A DNA stretch of 64,000 nt from NCBI GenBank assembly GCA_963725665.1, contig CAVRZA010000001.1, positions 1 to 64,000 on the forward strand, in the 5' to 3' direction. The stretch comes from an uncultured Actinomycetes bacterium. GTDB lineage: Bacteria; Actinomycetota; Thermoleophilia; UBA2241. Both the position numbers and the translations under genes were made by a program. This document shows positions 21,682 through 31,252 of the stretch, piece by piece (position 1 is the stretch's first letter; each line of letters starts with the position of its first letter). Under the pieces are notes generated by a model that worked only from the letters and a program-made list of their open reading frames with translations, was not told where the DNA came from and ran no database searches.

Positions 21682-23166
21682 TCAGTCCGTGACGGCGCCG
21701 ACGTCGCGGTCCGCCCGTCGCACGATCCCCCCGATGAGGGCAAGAACGTCGCCCGGCAGCGGCTCGACCACGTGCTCGGAAAGGATCTGACGAGCCTGAT
21801 CGCGCGCACGCTGCGCCAGGTCCGCACCTCCCGTCATCTCCCAGGCGTCGCGCACGTCGCGGCTGAACAGGTGCGGCTGACTCGCCTCGCGCATGTGTCG
21901 GCGGGTGTGTGCAGTGGACATGAAGTTGCCTGCCGGCCCGACCGCCTCGATCACGTCGACCGCCAGAGTCTCGTCCGTGACGGCGACGCCGCGCACGAAC
22001 TGGCGGATGAGCGCTATGGCCTCGTTGTCCATGACCATCTGGCCCAGGTCGCAGGTCATTCCCGACTCGAGCATCCCCGCACCGTAGATCAGGCTGGCCC
22101 CTGCCAGCGCTGGCGCTAGTCCGGTGAGGGTCTTCTCGTACGCGACCTGCGCGTCGCTCACCTTTGAGTCTCCCTACAACCCCGCCACCCAGCAGGGGAT
22201 GCTGTACCTGCGCGAGATCTGAGCGATACAGGCGTTGAGGAGAGCGGTCTCGGGTGTGCCGACGGAGGCGGTGCCTAGGCGCAGGTCCATGCCTGTCGTG
22301 GAGGACGAGTACAGCACCGGCGCGCCGCGCTCCGCGAGCTGGACCAGCGTGATGCCGGCCAGCACCTCGGCGTTGTGCAGGACCAGCGTGCCGGCCATCG
22401 TCTGGGGGGAGGAGCCCCCGGCCATGCACATGCTCAGGATGCTCAGCGGCAGTCCCGCACGAGCTGTATCGAGGCACACGTCGCTCCCCTGTTGCGTGAG
22501 CTGCAGGGGGCTGACGCAGCACATGCCGAAACCGGTGATGGGACGTTCGCGCAGTGCGTCCCTGCCGCCGCTCACCGCCGCCGCCATCTCGAGACAGGCG
22601 GCCGTCTCACGTTTCGACAGCGGGCCGAACATCATCGGCTTGGTGACGTGTGGCAGGGCGGCCGCGAAGTGATGCACGGTAGCCACCTCTTCGTGGCAGT
22701 CGCGCGGCGTGATGGCGGCCTCGTAGACGTCGATCTCGTCGCACCAGTCGACCACTGTGCACACGTCGGCGACGTCGTGCGTCGCGGTGGGCCTGTTCTC
22801 GCCCGTCACGAGGTCGTTGATCATGACGGCCTCACCGAAGTTCATGAAGGCGAGGCGCCCGCCGCCGAGGACGATGTCGTTGCGGGGGTCGCGTCCGCAC
22901 CAGCGGATCAGGGGCGGCGTCGAGCGGATCGCCTCCTCGACCGTCGCCGGCGGGATGCGTACCCTGCGGGTCTCGCGATCGACGTGGCAGCCGCCATCGG
23001 CGAACACGTCGATCGCGTCGTCGGCCTCGACCCACACACCCGTTCGCTCCAGCACCTCGAGCGTCGCCAGGTGGATGTCCTGCAGGTCGCCCTCGCTCAG
23101 GGGCGCCATGCCGATCCCGTCCCAGCGCGAGTAGCCGGCACGGTCGTGGCGTTTCATCTCGCTCAT
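21682..23166 (-). CDS. mttB: Trimethylamine:corrinoid methyltransferase (MttB family), predicted pyrrolysine-containing through the in-frame TAG at 22174-22176
   Basis: ORFs 22174..23199 and 21682..22161 share a frame and are separated only by TAG: IPCWVAGL-[TAG]-GDSKVSDAQVAYEKT. Readthrough from ATG 23166 (GAAGGAGG upstream) gives 494 aa. MttB motifs include IHLATLEVLERTGV, SPLQ, TMAGTLV..NAEVLAG and GAGMLE. Confidence 0.9.
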
Positions 23167-23246
23167 CGCCTCCTTCATCTTCGTTGTGCCTCTGAGCACT
23201 CGTCTTCGTCGGTGCCCCGCACCGGGCCCGCCGTCGATCAGCGTCC

Positions 23247-24470
23247 CTATCCCGACAGGTGCGCCGTCAGCGATTGCAGGGCGCGATACGTGCGCGTCAC
23301 GAGGACGTCGTCGGCCGGTCGCGACAGACTCGAGAACTTGGCTACGACGATCCCTGCCGCGGGGCTAACGTACAGCATCTGACCATACATCCCGAGCCCC
23401 ATGAACGCCTGTTGCTCGCCGGGCTCACCGACCCAGAAGCAGCTCCTGTACGCCCAGCCGCGCGGCAAGTCGGAGCAATCGGCCGCGTTGGCGAAGGCGA
23501 TCGGGTCGCGTTGTCGCAGATGTCGTCGATCCACCACACCGGCACGACCCTGCGAGCCGCAAGCGTGCCGCGCTGCGCGAGCATCGAGACCGAAGCGCGC
23601 GAGGTCCCGCAGGCTGCAGCAGAACCCGCCGTCGAGCTGCGCGCTGCCGGCGCCGTCGAGTGCGATGTAGGCGTCGTCCTCGGCCCCGAGCTGCGACCAG
23701 ACCTCGCGAGCGATGAGCTCCGCCATCGGCACGCCGGTCGCTCGCTCCATCACCCAGCCGAGCACGTCGGTGTTGAGCGAGACGTAGTGCAGTACAACGC
23801 CGTGCTCTCCCTCCTTGACCGTCGTGGTGGCGTACTCGTAGACGGAGCCCGGCTCGTCGGACGCGCGGCTCGGCTTCACGCCGCACAGGCGGTCGAGCCG
23901 CGCGTCCTCCGTCTCGTCGTCCTCGTGATCCTCCGTGTAGCGGATGCCGACCGTCATGTCCAGCAGATGGCGCACACGAGCGTCGCCGTAGGCGCTGCCC
24001 GCGAGCTCGGGCACGTGTCGCGTGACCGGGTCGTCGGGAGAGATGACGCCGCGGTCGACCAGGTTGGCGGCGACGCACGAGGCGATCGACTTGGTGATCG
24101 AGTGGCAGAGATGCGGACGAGCAGCGGTCAGGGACCCGAAGTACCGCTGGTAGACGACCCTGCCGGCGTGCCACAAGAGAATGCCGTCGGTCGAGGTCTC
24201 CGCAAGCATCTCGGCGACTGTCCAAGAGCCACCGGCGGAGTCGGCCATCTCGACGTCGTCGAGATCGATAGGGTCCTCGGGGAGCTGCGTCACAACCCCG
24301 CGCGCGGCGACGTTCGCGGTCGGCTCGACCTCACGCACGTGCTGCATGAACCATCGCGTCGCAGCCGGCCGGGCGTACACCTGGTCGGCTGCGACGCGAT
24401 CGGTCGGCGGTGGCGGAAAACCCCGCATGACGGCAACTGCGCGCGCGTCCATCGCCTCTCGAGCACTCAT
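23247..24470 (-). CDS. Beta-lactamase-fold serine hydrolase (NylB/6-aminohexanoate-dimer hydrolase-like amidase); two apparently compensating frameshifts near 23510-23580
   Basis: SITKS (SxxK), HLLDM, Y.S.NTDVLG, RDLARFG and G.YGQ. Confidence 0.85.
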   Translation of the reverse strand: MSAREAMDARAVAVMRGFPPPPTDRVAADQVYARPAATRWFMQHVREVEPTANVAARGVVTQLPEDPIDLDDVEMADSAGGSWTVAEMLAETSTDGILLWHAGRVVYQRYFGSLTAARPHLCHSITKSIASCVAANLVDRGVISPDDPVTRHVPELAGSAYGDARVRHLLDMTVGIRYTEDHEDDETEDARLDRLCGVKPSRASDEPGSVYEYATTTVKEGEHGVVLHYVSLNTDVLGWVMERATGVPMAELIAREVWSQLGAEDDAYIALDGAGSAQLDGGFCCSLRDLARFGLDARAARHACGSQGRAGVVDRRHLRQRDPIAFANAADCSDLPRGWAYRSCFWVGEPGEQQAFMGLGMYGQMLYVSPAAGIVVAKFSSLSRPADDVLVTRTYRALQSLTAHLSG

Positions 24471-24524
24471 GCCTTGATCTGTCTCAGCCCGGACGTCGCA
24501 CCAGACCACCCGTGCGCCGGGCTG

Positions 24525-25316
24525 CTACTCCCCGAAGGACGGCACGGGAGGAGCCATCCGCGGATCGGACCAGAAGCCGTGCATGATGCCGCCGTCGACG
24601 CGGATGGTGATGCCGGTGATGTAGGCGGCGTCGTCGGAGGCGAGGAACAGCACGACGTTCGCCTGATCTCGAGGCTTGGCCGGCCGGCGCATCGGGATCT
24701 TCTCCATGTAGCTGCGGTAGGTCTCGAGGTCGTTCGTGAAGTCCATCATGGGCGTCATCGTCATGCCCGGAGCGACCGCGACGCAGCGCACGCCACGGTG
24801 GGCGAGCTCGAACGCCATGCTCTGCGTGAGCAGGTTCACGCCCGCCTTCGCCGCGTTGTAGTCGGCGTAGGGTGACTCGACGATGAACGAGTTGCACGAC
24901 GAGATGTTCACGATCACGCCGCCGCCGTGCTCCACCATGTTCCGCGCCGCCGCCTGGCTCATGTAGAAGACGCCCGAGAGATTGGTGGCGATCACGTCTT
25001 GCCATTGCTCAGGTGTGATGTCGAGGACACCGGTCTGCGGGGCGATGCCGGCGCAGTTGACCAGCGCGTGTATCCGTGGGCGCTCCTCGAGCACCTGCTC
25101 CACCGCTCCTCGCACGGCAGCCGGGTCGCGCACGTCGAGCACTAGGGGCTCGATCGCGCCGCCAGGCGCCTGAGACTGCGTCTCCTGCAGCCTGGCGGCG
25201 TCGCGCCCCACGGCCACGACGTGCGCACCCTCTTCGGCGAACGCGACCGCGATCGCTTGCCCGATGCCGCTCGATGCGCCGGTGACGATGACGTTCTTGC
25301 CTGCGAAGCGTCTCAT
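24525..25316 (-). CDS. Short-chain dehydrogenase/reductase
   Basis: TGASSGIG, NCAG and YNAAK. Confidence 0.93.
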   Translation of the reverse strand: MRRFAGKNVIVTGASSGIGQAIAVAFAEEGAHVVAVGRDAARLQETQSQAPGGAIEPLVLDVRDPAAVRGAVEQVLEERPRIHALVNCAGIAPQTGVLDITPEQWQDVIATNLSGVFYMSQAAARNMVEHGGGVIVNISSCNSFIVESPYADYNAAKAGVNLLTQSMAFELAHRGVRCVAVAPGMTMTPMMDFTNDLETYRSYMEKIPMRRPAKPRDQANVVLFLASDDAAYITGITIRVDGGIMHGFWSDPRMAPPVPSFGE

Positions 25317-25356
25317 CTCTCGATCCCCCTGGTCGCGACACTCTCTGCGGGCGGCT

Positions 25357-26579
25357 CTAGGCGCGCGGCGCCACCGGGAACTCCAGTGGCTCGTCGCCAC
25401 GGATCTCGCGCAGCAGATCGATGTAGTAGCAGAAGTTCTCGAGCGGCATGTCGATCGGCACAAGGTGGTCCGGGCTTGGGAAGTAGGGACCAGTCTCTAC
25501 CAGATACGGTACCTTGCCCATGACCTCGCGCCTTACCGACTCCTTGTCGCGCATGAGCTCTCGCTTGTCGAGTCCTCCAGCCAAGATGATGTCCCTGCCG
25601 TACTGCTTGCGCAGGGCGACCGGATCCATGCCCGCGGCGCACTCTAGCGGCCAGAACAGGTTGATGCCGACCTCCAGCCACAACGGCAGCAACTGCTCGA
25701 TGTTGCCGTCGCAGTCGAGGTAGATGACCTCACAACCGGCGCCGCGGATGACCTCGTTGAGCACACGATAGCGCGGCATCATGAAGCGCCGGACCATGTC
25801 GGGCGAGATCATAGACCCACTCTTGTAGGCCATGTCCTCCCAATACCAGACCCAGTCGAGTCGGATGTCCCTGCTCACACGACGGACCATCTCCAGCTCG
25901 AGGTGGAGGATCGTGTCCATCATGTCTTCGACGAGTCCAGGATCGTCGTAGAACAGGTACATGAGGTCCTGCGTGCCGACCCACATGTTGATGTAGCCGA
26001 AGAACCCGCCGACCTCCATCGACACCGGGCAATCGAGAGCGTTGATGCGGGCCGCGTAAGCATCCCAGTCGGCCGGATACCGCTCCGGCGTGGTCGGGTC
26101 GAGCCTCTCCTTGAACCTCTCCCACGACGCCCGATCCCTTACGGGATGCTCGAGCCACATCGGCATGTTGAAGGCCTGTCTTTGAGCAGCCGCTCTGTGA
26201 TCCCGGTGCTGTTGACCACCACCAGGCTCTTCTCGTCCTCTTCGAGCACCCGCGGCTCGAGGGGCGGGCACACGAGGAACGAGTGGTTGTGTGCCGTGAC
26301 GCCTGGCAGGTAGGTATGCATCTCGGTGCCGGCGTCCATGCCACTGTGGACCTCGGCCAGCGACCGCGACTCGTCGAAGCCGAAGAAGTGGTCGACATCG
26401 CTGGGCGTGCCGTAGTCCTGTTCGCCCACGAGCGCGAAACTGGCCGGCGCACCCTGCTCGACCCAGGCCGGCAGGGTCTCAGGCCAGAAGATGTGGACGC
26501 CGTTGCCGACGATGCCGAAGTCGCCCAGACGCTCCCCCCGACAGATCTCGCGAAAACGCTGTCTGCTGAACTCCGTCAC
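25357..26579 (-). CDS. Uroporphyrinogen decarboxylase-like (MtaA/CmuA-type methylcobamide methyltransferase fold) protein; frameshift near 26175
   Basis: EDMAYKSGSMISP..VRRFMMP.Y, DCDGN, PLECAAGMD, GGLDK and PSPDH.VP; start overlaps the stop of the corrinoid gene (GTGA). Confidence 0.8.
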
Positions 26580-27225
26580 CGCGCGGTCCTTGCCGCGACA
26601 AGGCGCGCGGCTTCGTCGACGGCCGTGATGCAGTCGTCGGCCTGACCGTCGGCGCCGACTTCGCGGGCCAGGGCGGCCGAGACCGGCGCGCCGCCGACCA
26701 TGACTTTCACGGCGGCGCGCACGCCGGCCGCCTCCAAGGCGTCGATCACGCGCTTGAATTGCGGCGTCGTCGTCGTAAGCAGCGCCGACAGTGCGACGAT
26801 GTCGGCGCCGTGCTCGCGGGCCGCCGCGACGAACCGCTCCGCGCTGACGTCCACGCCGAGGTCGACCACATCGAAGCCGTTGCCCCTCAGCAGCATGCCC
26901 ACCAGGTTCTTGCCGATGTCGTGCAGGTCGCCCTCGACCGTGCCGAGGACCACGGTCCCCTTGCCGAGAGGTGCCTGGCCGACCAGCCGCGGCTGCAGCT
27001 CGTCGAGGCCCATCTTCATGGCACGGACACTGATAAGGATCTCGGGCAGGAACGCTTGTCCGTCTTTGAAGAGGTCGCCGAGCTCCTGCATCCCTGGTAT
27101 GAGGCCTTCGGACAAGACATCGGCGGGCGAGTCGCCGGCGGCCACCGCGGCTTTCACCGAGGCCACGTCGCCCGATGGTCGCCATCACGGACCGCTCGGC
27201 TGATCGATCGAAGCCGCTCGTTCAT
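26576..27225 (-). CDS. Corrinoid (B12-binding) methyltransferase protein, MttC/MtaC-like; frameshift near 27175
   Basis: GDLHDIGKNLV (DxHxxG), LGVDV, SALLTTT and VMVGGAP. The N-terminus MNERLRSISRAVRDGD is in a shifted frame. Confidence 0.92.
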
Positions 27226-27303
27226 GCCATCCCTTCGCCGCCATCCGCGCGCGGCGTCGCTCGGGCGCGGATGTCGCGGGTCCGCACACGCGCCTGTGCA
27301 TGA

Positions 27304-27324
27304 TCGCACACCGTGGATGTGCGA
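27304..27324. promoter_or_regulatory. Candidate DeoR-family operator in the divergent promoter
   Basis: Inverted repeat TCGCACA-N7-TGTGCGA, with another TTCGCACA just before the DeoR start. Confidence 0.4.
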
Positions 27325-27385
27325 ACGTCCGCGTAAGGCTAGCATTCTCGGTTGCAGTCTCACAACGGCCGGGATAGATTCGCAC

Positions 27386-28150
27386 ATGATGGATGTTCAG
27401 ACGCGCCGCGCGATCGCACTCGAGCTGATCCAAGAACAGGGCGAAGTCAGCGTCGCCGAGTTGAGCGCCCGTACCGGCGTTTCCTGCATGACGATCCGGC
27501 GCGATCTGGAGCTCCTGGAGACGGAAGGTGCCGTGCGGCGTGTGCACGGAGGGGCTATCGGCCTCGCCTCGCGCGGGTACGCGGCGCCTTACTCGGTCCG
27601 GAACACGCGCGCCGTCGCGGCCAAGGAGAGGATAGGGCAAGCGGCGGCTGGACTGCTGGCGGACCGAGAGACCGTCGTGCTGGACGTGGGCACGACGACG
27701 CTTCAAGTCGCGCGAGCGATGAGTCAAAAGCGCAATCTCACCGTGCTCACGCCGAGCCTGCGCATCGCCCAGGTGCTCTCGTCCAACACCGGGATCCGCC
27801 TCATGGTCACCGGTGGCCTCGTTGCGCCGGGCGAGCTCTCTCTCGTGGGAGACATGGCAGAAGGAGCGTTTTCGAGGCTGCGGTTCGACACGCTGCTCAT
27901 GGGCGTAGGCGGGATCGACGTAGAGGCGGGTGTGACGGAGTTCAGCTTGGAGGACGCACGCGTCAAGCGCGCAGCGCTGGCAAGCGTGCGTCGCTGCATC
28001 GTCGTCGCGGATAGCTCGAAGCTCGGCAAGGTCACGTTCGCGCAGGTATGCCCGCTGGCAAGCGTCGGGGTCGTCGTTACCGACAGCGATGCCGCCCGCG
28101 AGGACATCGAAGCTCTGCAATCGGAGCACGTGGAGGTGGTGGTCGCCTGA
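27386..28150 (+). CDS. DeoR/GlpR family transcriptional regulator
   Basis: VS.MTIRRDL..LE, RVHGGA, LDVGTT and ADSSK. Confidence 0.95.
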   Translation: MMDVQTRRAIALELIQEQGEVSVAELSARTGVSCMTIRRDLELLETEGAVRRVHGGAIGLASRGYAAPYSVRNTRAVAAKERIGQAAAGLLADRETVVLDVGTTTLQVARAMSQKRNLTVLTPSLRIAQVLSSNTGIRLMVTGGLVAPGELSLVGDMAEGAFSRLRFDTLLMGVGGIDVEAGVTEFSLEDARVKRAALASVRRCIVVADSSKLGKVTFAQVCPLASVGVVVTDSDAAREDIEALQSEHVEVVVA

Positions 28151-28968
28151 TGGGACGCGTGAGTGAGTTGTTCGGTGAACGACGACCGTTGATAGCGATG
28201 GCGCACTTGCGGGCGCTGCCCGGCACCCCTCTGTACGACGAGAAGGCCGGCATAGGGGGCATCGTGGAGCACCTGCGAGGCGACCTCGAGATCATCCTGG
28301 CGGCCGACTTCGACGCTGTGCTCTTCTGCAACGAAGGCGACCTTCCCTACTCGTTCAATGCCGGGTACGGCGGTGTGTCGGCCATGACCCGCGTCGTGAC
28401 CGAGCTGGCGCCGAAGGACCGGCCGTTCGGCATCGACTTCCTCTGGGACCCGTATGCCGCGCTGGCCATCGCGGCGGCTACGGGTGGCTCGTTCATCCGC
28501 GGCGTCATGGTCGGCGCCTACGAATCAGATATGGGCCTGTGGAGCACCGACGCCGCCGGGCTCCTGCGCGAGCGCCGCCGCATCGGTGCCGATCGCGTCG
28601 CCATGTTCATGAACGTCACGCCCGAGTTCGCCACCTCGCTGGGATCGCGCAGCGTGACCGAGGTGGCGCGTTCGGCCGTCTGGTCCAGCTTGGCCGACGC
28701 GATCCTCATCTCGGGCCCGCGCCAAGGCACCGAACCCGACATGGACACGTTGGTGCTCGTCAAAGAGACGCTCGGCGACGCGGCGCCGGTATTCGCCAAC
28801 ACCGGAGCCAACGCGACGAACGTGGCGTCGTTCTTGCAGAAGGCCGACGGTGTCATCGTCGGCTCGGACCTGAAGCGCGACGGATACACGTGGAACGAGG
28901 TCGACGCCGACAGGGTGGGCAGGTTCATGAACGCCGCCGGACGACGGCCGGTAGAAGCGCGCGCATGA
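28150..28968 (+). CDS. BtpA/SgcQ family TIM-barrel protein
   Basis: MAHLRALPGTP, NEGDLPY, ADAILISG, NTG and ADGVIVGS.LK.DG. Confidence 0.88.
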   Translation: MGRVSELFGERRPLIAMAHLRALPGTPLYDEKAGIGGIVEHLRGDLEIILAADFDAVLFCNEGDLPYSFNAGYGGVSAMTRVVTELAPKDRPFGIDFLWDPYAALAIAAATGGSFIRGVMVGAYESDMGLWSTDAAGLLRERRRIGADRVAMFMNVTPEFATSLGSRSVTEVARSAVWSSLADAILISGPRQGTEPDMDTLVLVKETLGDAAPVFANTGANATNVASFLQKADGVIVGSDLKRDGYTWNEVDADRVGRFMNAAGRRPVEARA

Positions 28969-30414
28969 GCGTGCTGCTGGGCATAGACGTCGGCACCACC
29001 GGCACGAAGGCACTACTGCTCGACTCGGAGAAGGGCGTGGTCGCCGAGGCCGAGCGTCCCAACCAGCTGCACTCGATCAACCCGGGTTGGGCCGAGGAGG
29101 ACACGGACGAGTGGTGGACGAACGTCTGCGCCACGACGCGCGAGCTAGTCGCGGGCGTCGATGTGGCAGGCATCGGCGTCACGGGCATGGTGCCCTGCAC
29201 GATCCCACTCGACGCGGGCGGGCAGCCACTGCGCTGGTCGATCCAGCAGAACGACGCCCGCTCCGTGGACGAGGTCGAGGAGCTGCAATCGTCGGCTGGC
29301 GGGCACTCGCGTCCTGGAGCGCACCGGCTCGGCGATCACCCAGCAGTCCACCGGCCCGCGCCTGCTGTGGCTTGCCGAACACGAGCCCGAGGTGTGGGAC
29401 AAGACCCGCACGCTGATGGGCTCCTACGACTACATCTCGATGCGCCTCAGCGGCTCGCGCACCGTGGAGGCGAACTGGGCACTGGAGACAGGGCTGCTCG
29501 ATTTCGCCTCGATGCGCTGGGCCGACGACGTGCTGCAGGCTTGCGGCGGAAGCGCCGAGCTGCTGCCGCCGATCCGCCGCTGCGACGACGTCGTCGGCGC
29601 CGTGACCGCTGAGGCAGCGGCCGCGACCGGCCTCAAGGCAGGCGTCCCAGTGGTCGCCGGCACCGCCGATCACATCGGCTCCACGTTCGCCTCGGGAGTG
29701 CTCGACGACGGCGACCTTCTCGTCAAGCTGGGCGGCGCCGGCGATATCATGCTCGCCGTCGACGAGCCGTTCGTCGATGACCGGCTGTACCTGGACTTCC
29801 ACCTCCTACCGGGGCGTTTCGTGCTCAGCGGCTGCATGGCCACCAGCGGCAGCCTCATCAAGTGGTTCCAACGCACGCTGGCCGACGGCGCTACCCTGTC
29901 GCAGCTCGACGACGAGGCGGCGGCGCTGCCGCCGGGGGCCGGCGGCGTCTTCTGCCTGCCCTACTTCCTCGGCGAGAAGACGCCTCTCAACGACCCGGAG
30001 GCCACCGGCGCCTTGGTCGGTCTGCAGCTCACTCAGTCCCGTGGCCACCTGTTCAGGGCCGTGCTGGAGGGGATCGCCTACGGCTTCCGCCACCACCTGG
30101 AGGTCTTTGCGGAGCGCGGGCGCAGGCCGCTGCGCGCACGGGTGACCGACGGCGGCTCACGCTCGCGGGTCTGGACGCAGATCACTGCCGACGTGCTCGG
30201 CATCCCCCTCGAGAAGGTCACTCTGCGCAGCGGTTCGGCCTTCGCGGCCGCTTTCTGCGCGGGCATGGGCGTGGGCGCCTTCTCCGACTGGCGCGACGTC
30301 GATCGCTTCGTGGCGGTCGACGAAGTCATAGAGCCCCATCCCGACGACGTCTATGAGCGCGGATACCGGCGCTTCCGGGCTCTGTACCCGGCCCTTAAGG
30401 AGGTGCTGACATGA
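28965..30414 (+). CDS. FGGY family carbohydrate kinase (xylulokinase-like); frameshift near 29290
   Basis: LGIDVGTTGTK, AGTAD, LPYFLGEKTP, RAVLEGIAY and GGSRS..WTQI.ADVLG. Confidence 0.9.
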
Positions 30415-31165
30415 GCGTGTTGGTCACGGGCGCCGGCGGCGGCATCGGTGAAGCGACGGCGAGACTGCTCGCCGCTCGCGGCGAGAAGGTCGCCGTCACC
30501 GACGTCGATGCCGCCGCCGCCGCCCGAGTCGGTGAGGCGTGTGGGCACCGTGCATCTGCAGCTCGATGTGCGCAGCCGGGAGTCCATCCGGGCCGCCATC
30601 GCCGCCGCCGAAACGGAGCTCGGTCCGCTCGAACGGCTGGGTCTCCAACGCCGGCGTCTCGTCGATGATCTCGTTCTTGGACATGCCCGATGACGAGTGG
30701 CGGCGTATGATCGACGTCAACGAGTCAGGTGTCTTCTACTGCGGCCAGGAGTTCGCCCGACACCTCGTGGGCGCCGGGCGGCCCGGAGCGATCGTCAACG
30801 TCGCCTCCATGGCCGCCAAGCAGGGGAATGTGCCCTACCTCTCGCACTACATCGCCTCCAAGTTCGCGGTGGTCGGCCTTACACAAGCCATGGCCTACGA
30901 GCTCGGTCCGCACGGCATCCGCGTCAACTGCGTCTGTCCGGGTTGGGTCGCCACCAGCATGCAGGAGCGCGAGCTCGTGTGGGAGGCGGAGCTGCGCGGC
31001 ATCACGCCAGAGCAGGTACGGCAAAGCTTCATCGACGGCACGCCGCTGGGCCGCATCGAGACGGGAGACGACGTGGCTCGGACCATCGCCTTCCTCCTCG
31101 GCCCGGACGCCGTCTTCGTGACGGGGGAGGCGCTGAACATAAACGGCGGCGCCTTCATGGATTGA
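30411..31165 (+). CDS. Short-chain dehydrogenase/reductase (polyol/sugar dehydrogenase-like); frameshifts at about 30540-30640
   Basis: TGAGGGIG in ORF 30411; NAG, YIASK and GIRVNCVCPG in ORF 30539..31165. Confidence 0.88.
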
Positions 31166-31252
31166 ACGGTTCAGCGTCAACGCAATCGGAGCTGCGACAG
31201 GGCGCTATCGCCCGAGCAAATGTGATCGCCTCGACGAACGAGAGGGGGAGCC

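Noticed and set aside
23247-25316. Amber-readthrough fusion of the SDR and the serine hydrolase (same frame across TAG 24525)
   Set aside because: The hydrolase has its own ATG at 24470, both proteins are full length, and a shared frame arises one time in three by chance.
27226-27385. Cobalamin riboswitch upstream of the corrinoid operon
   Set aside because: No B12-box or conserved core is seen; the 160-bp gap looks like a divergent promoter.
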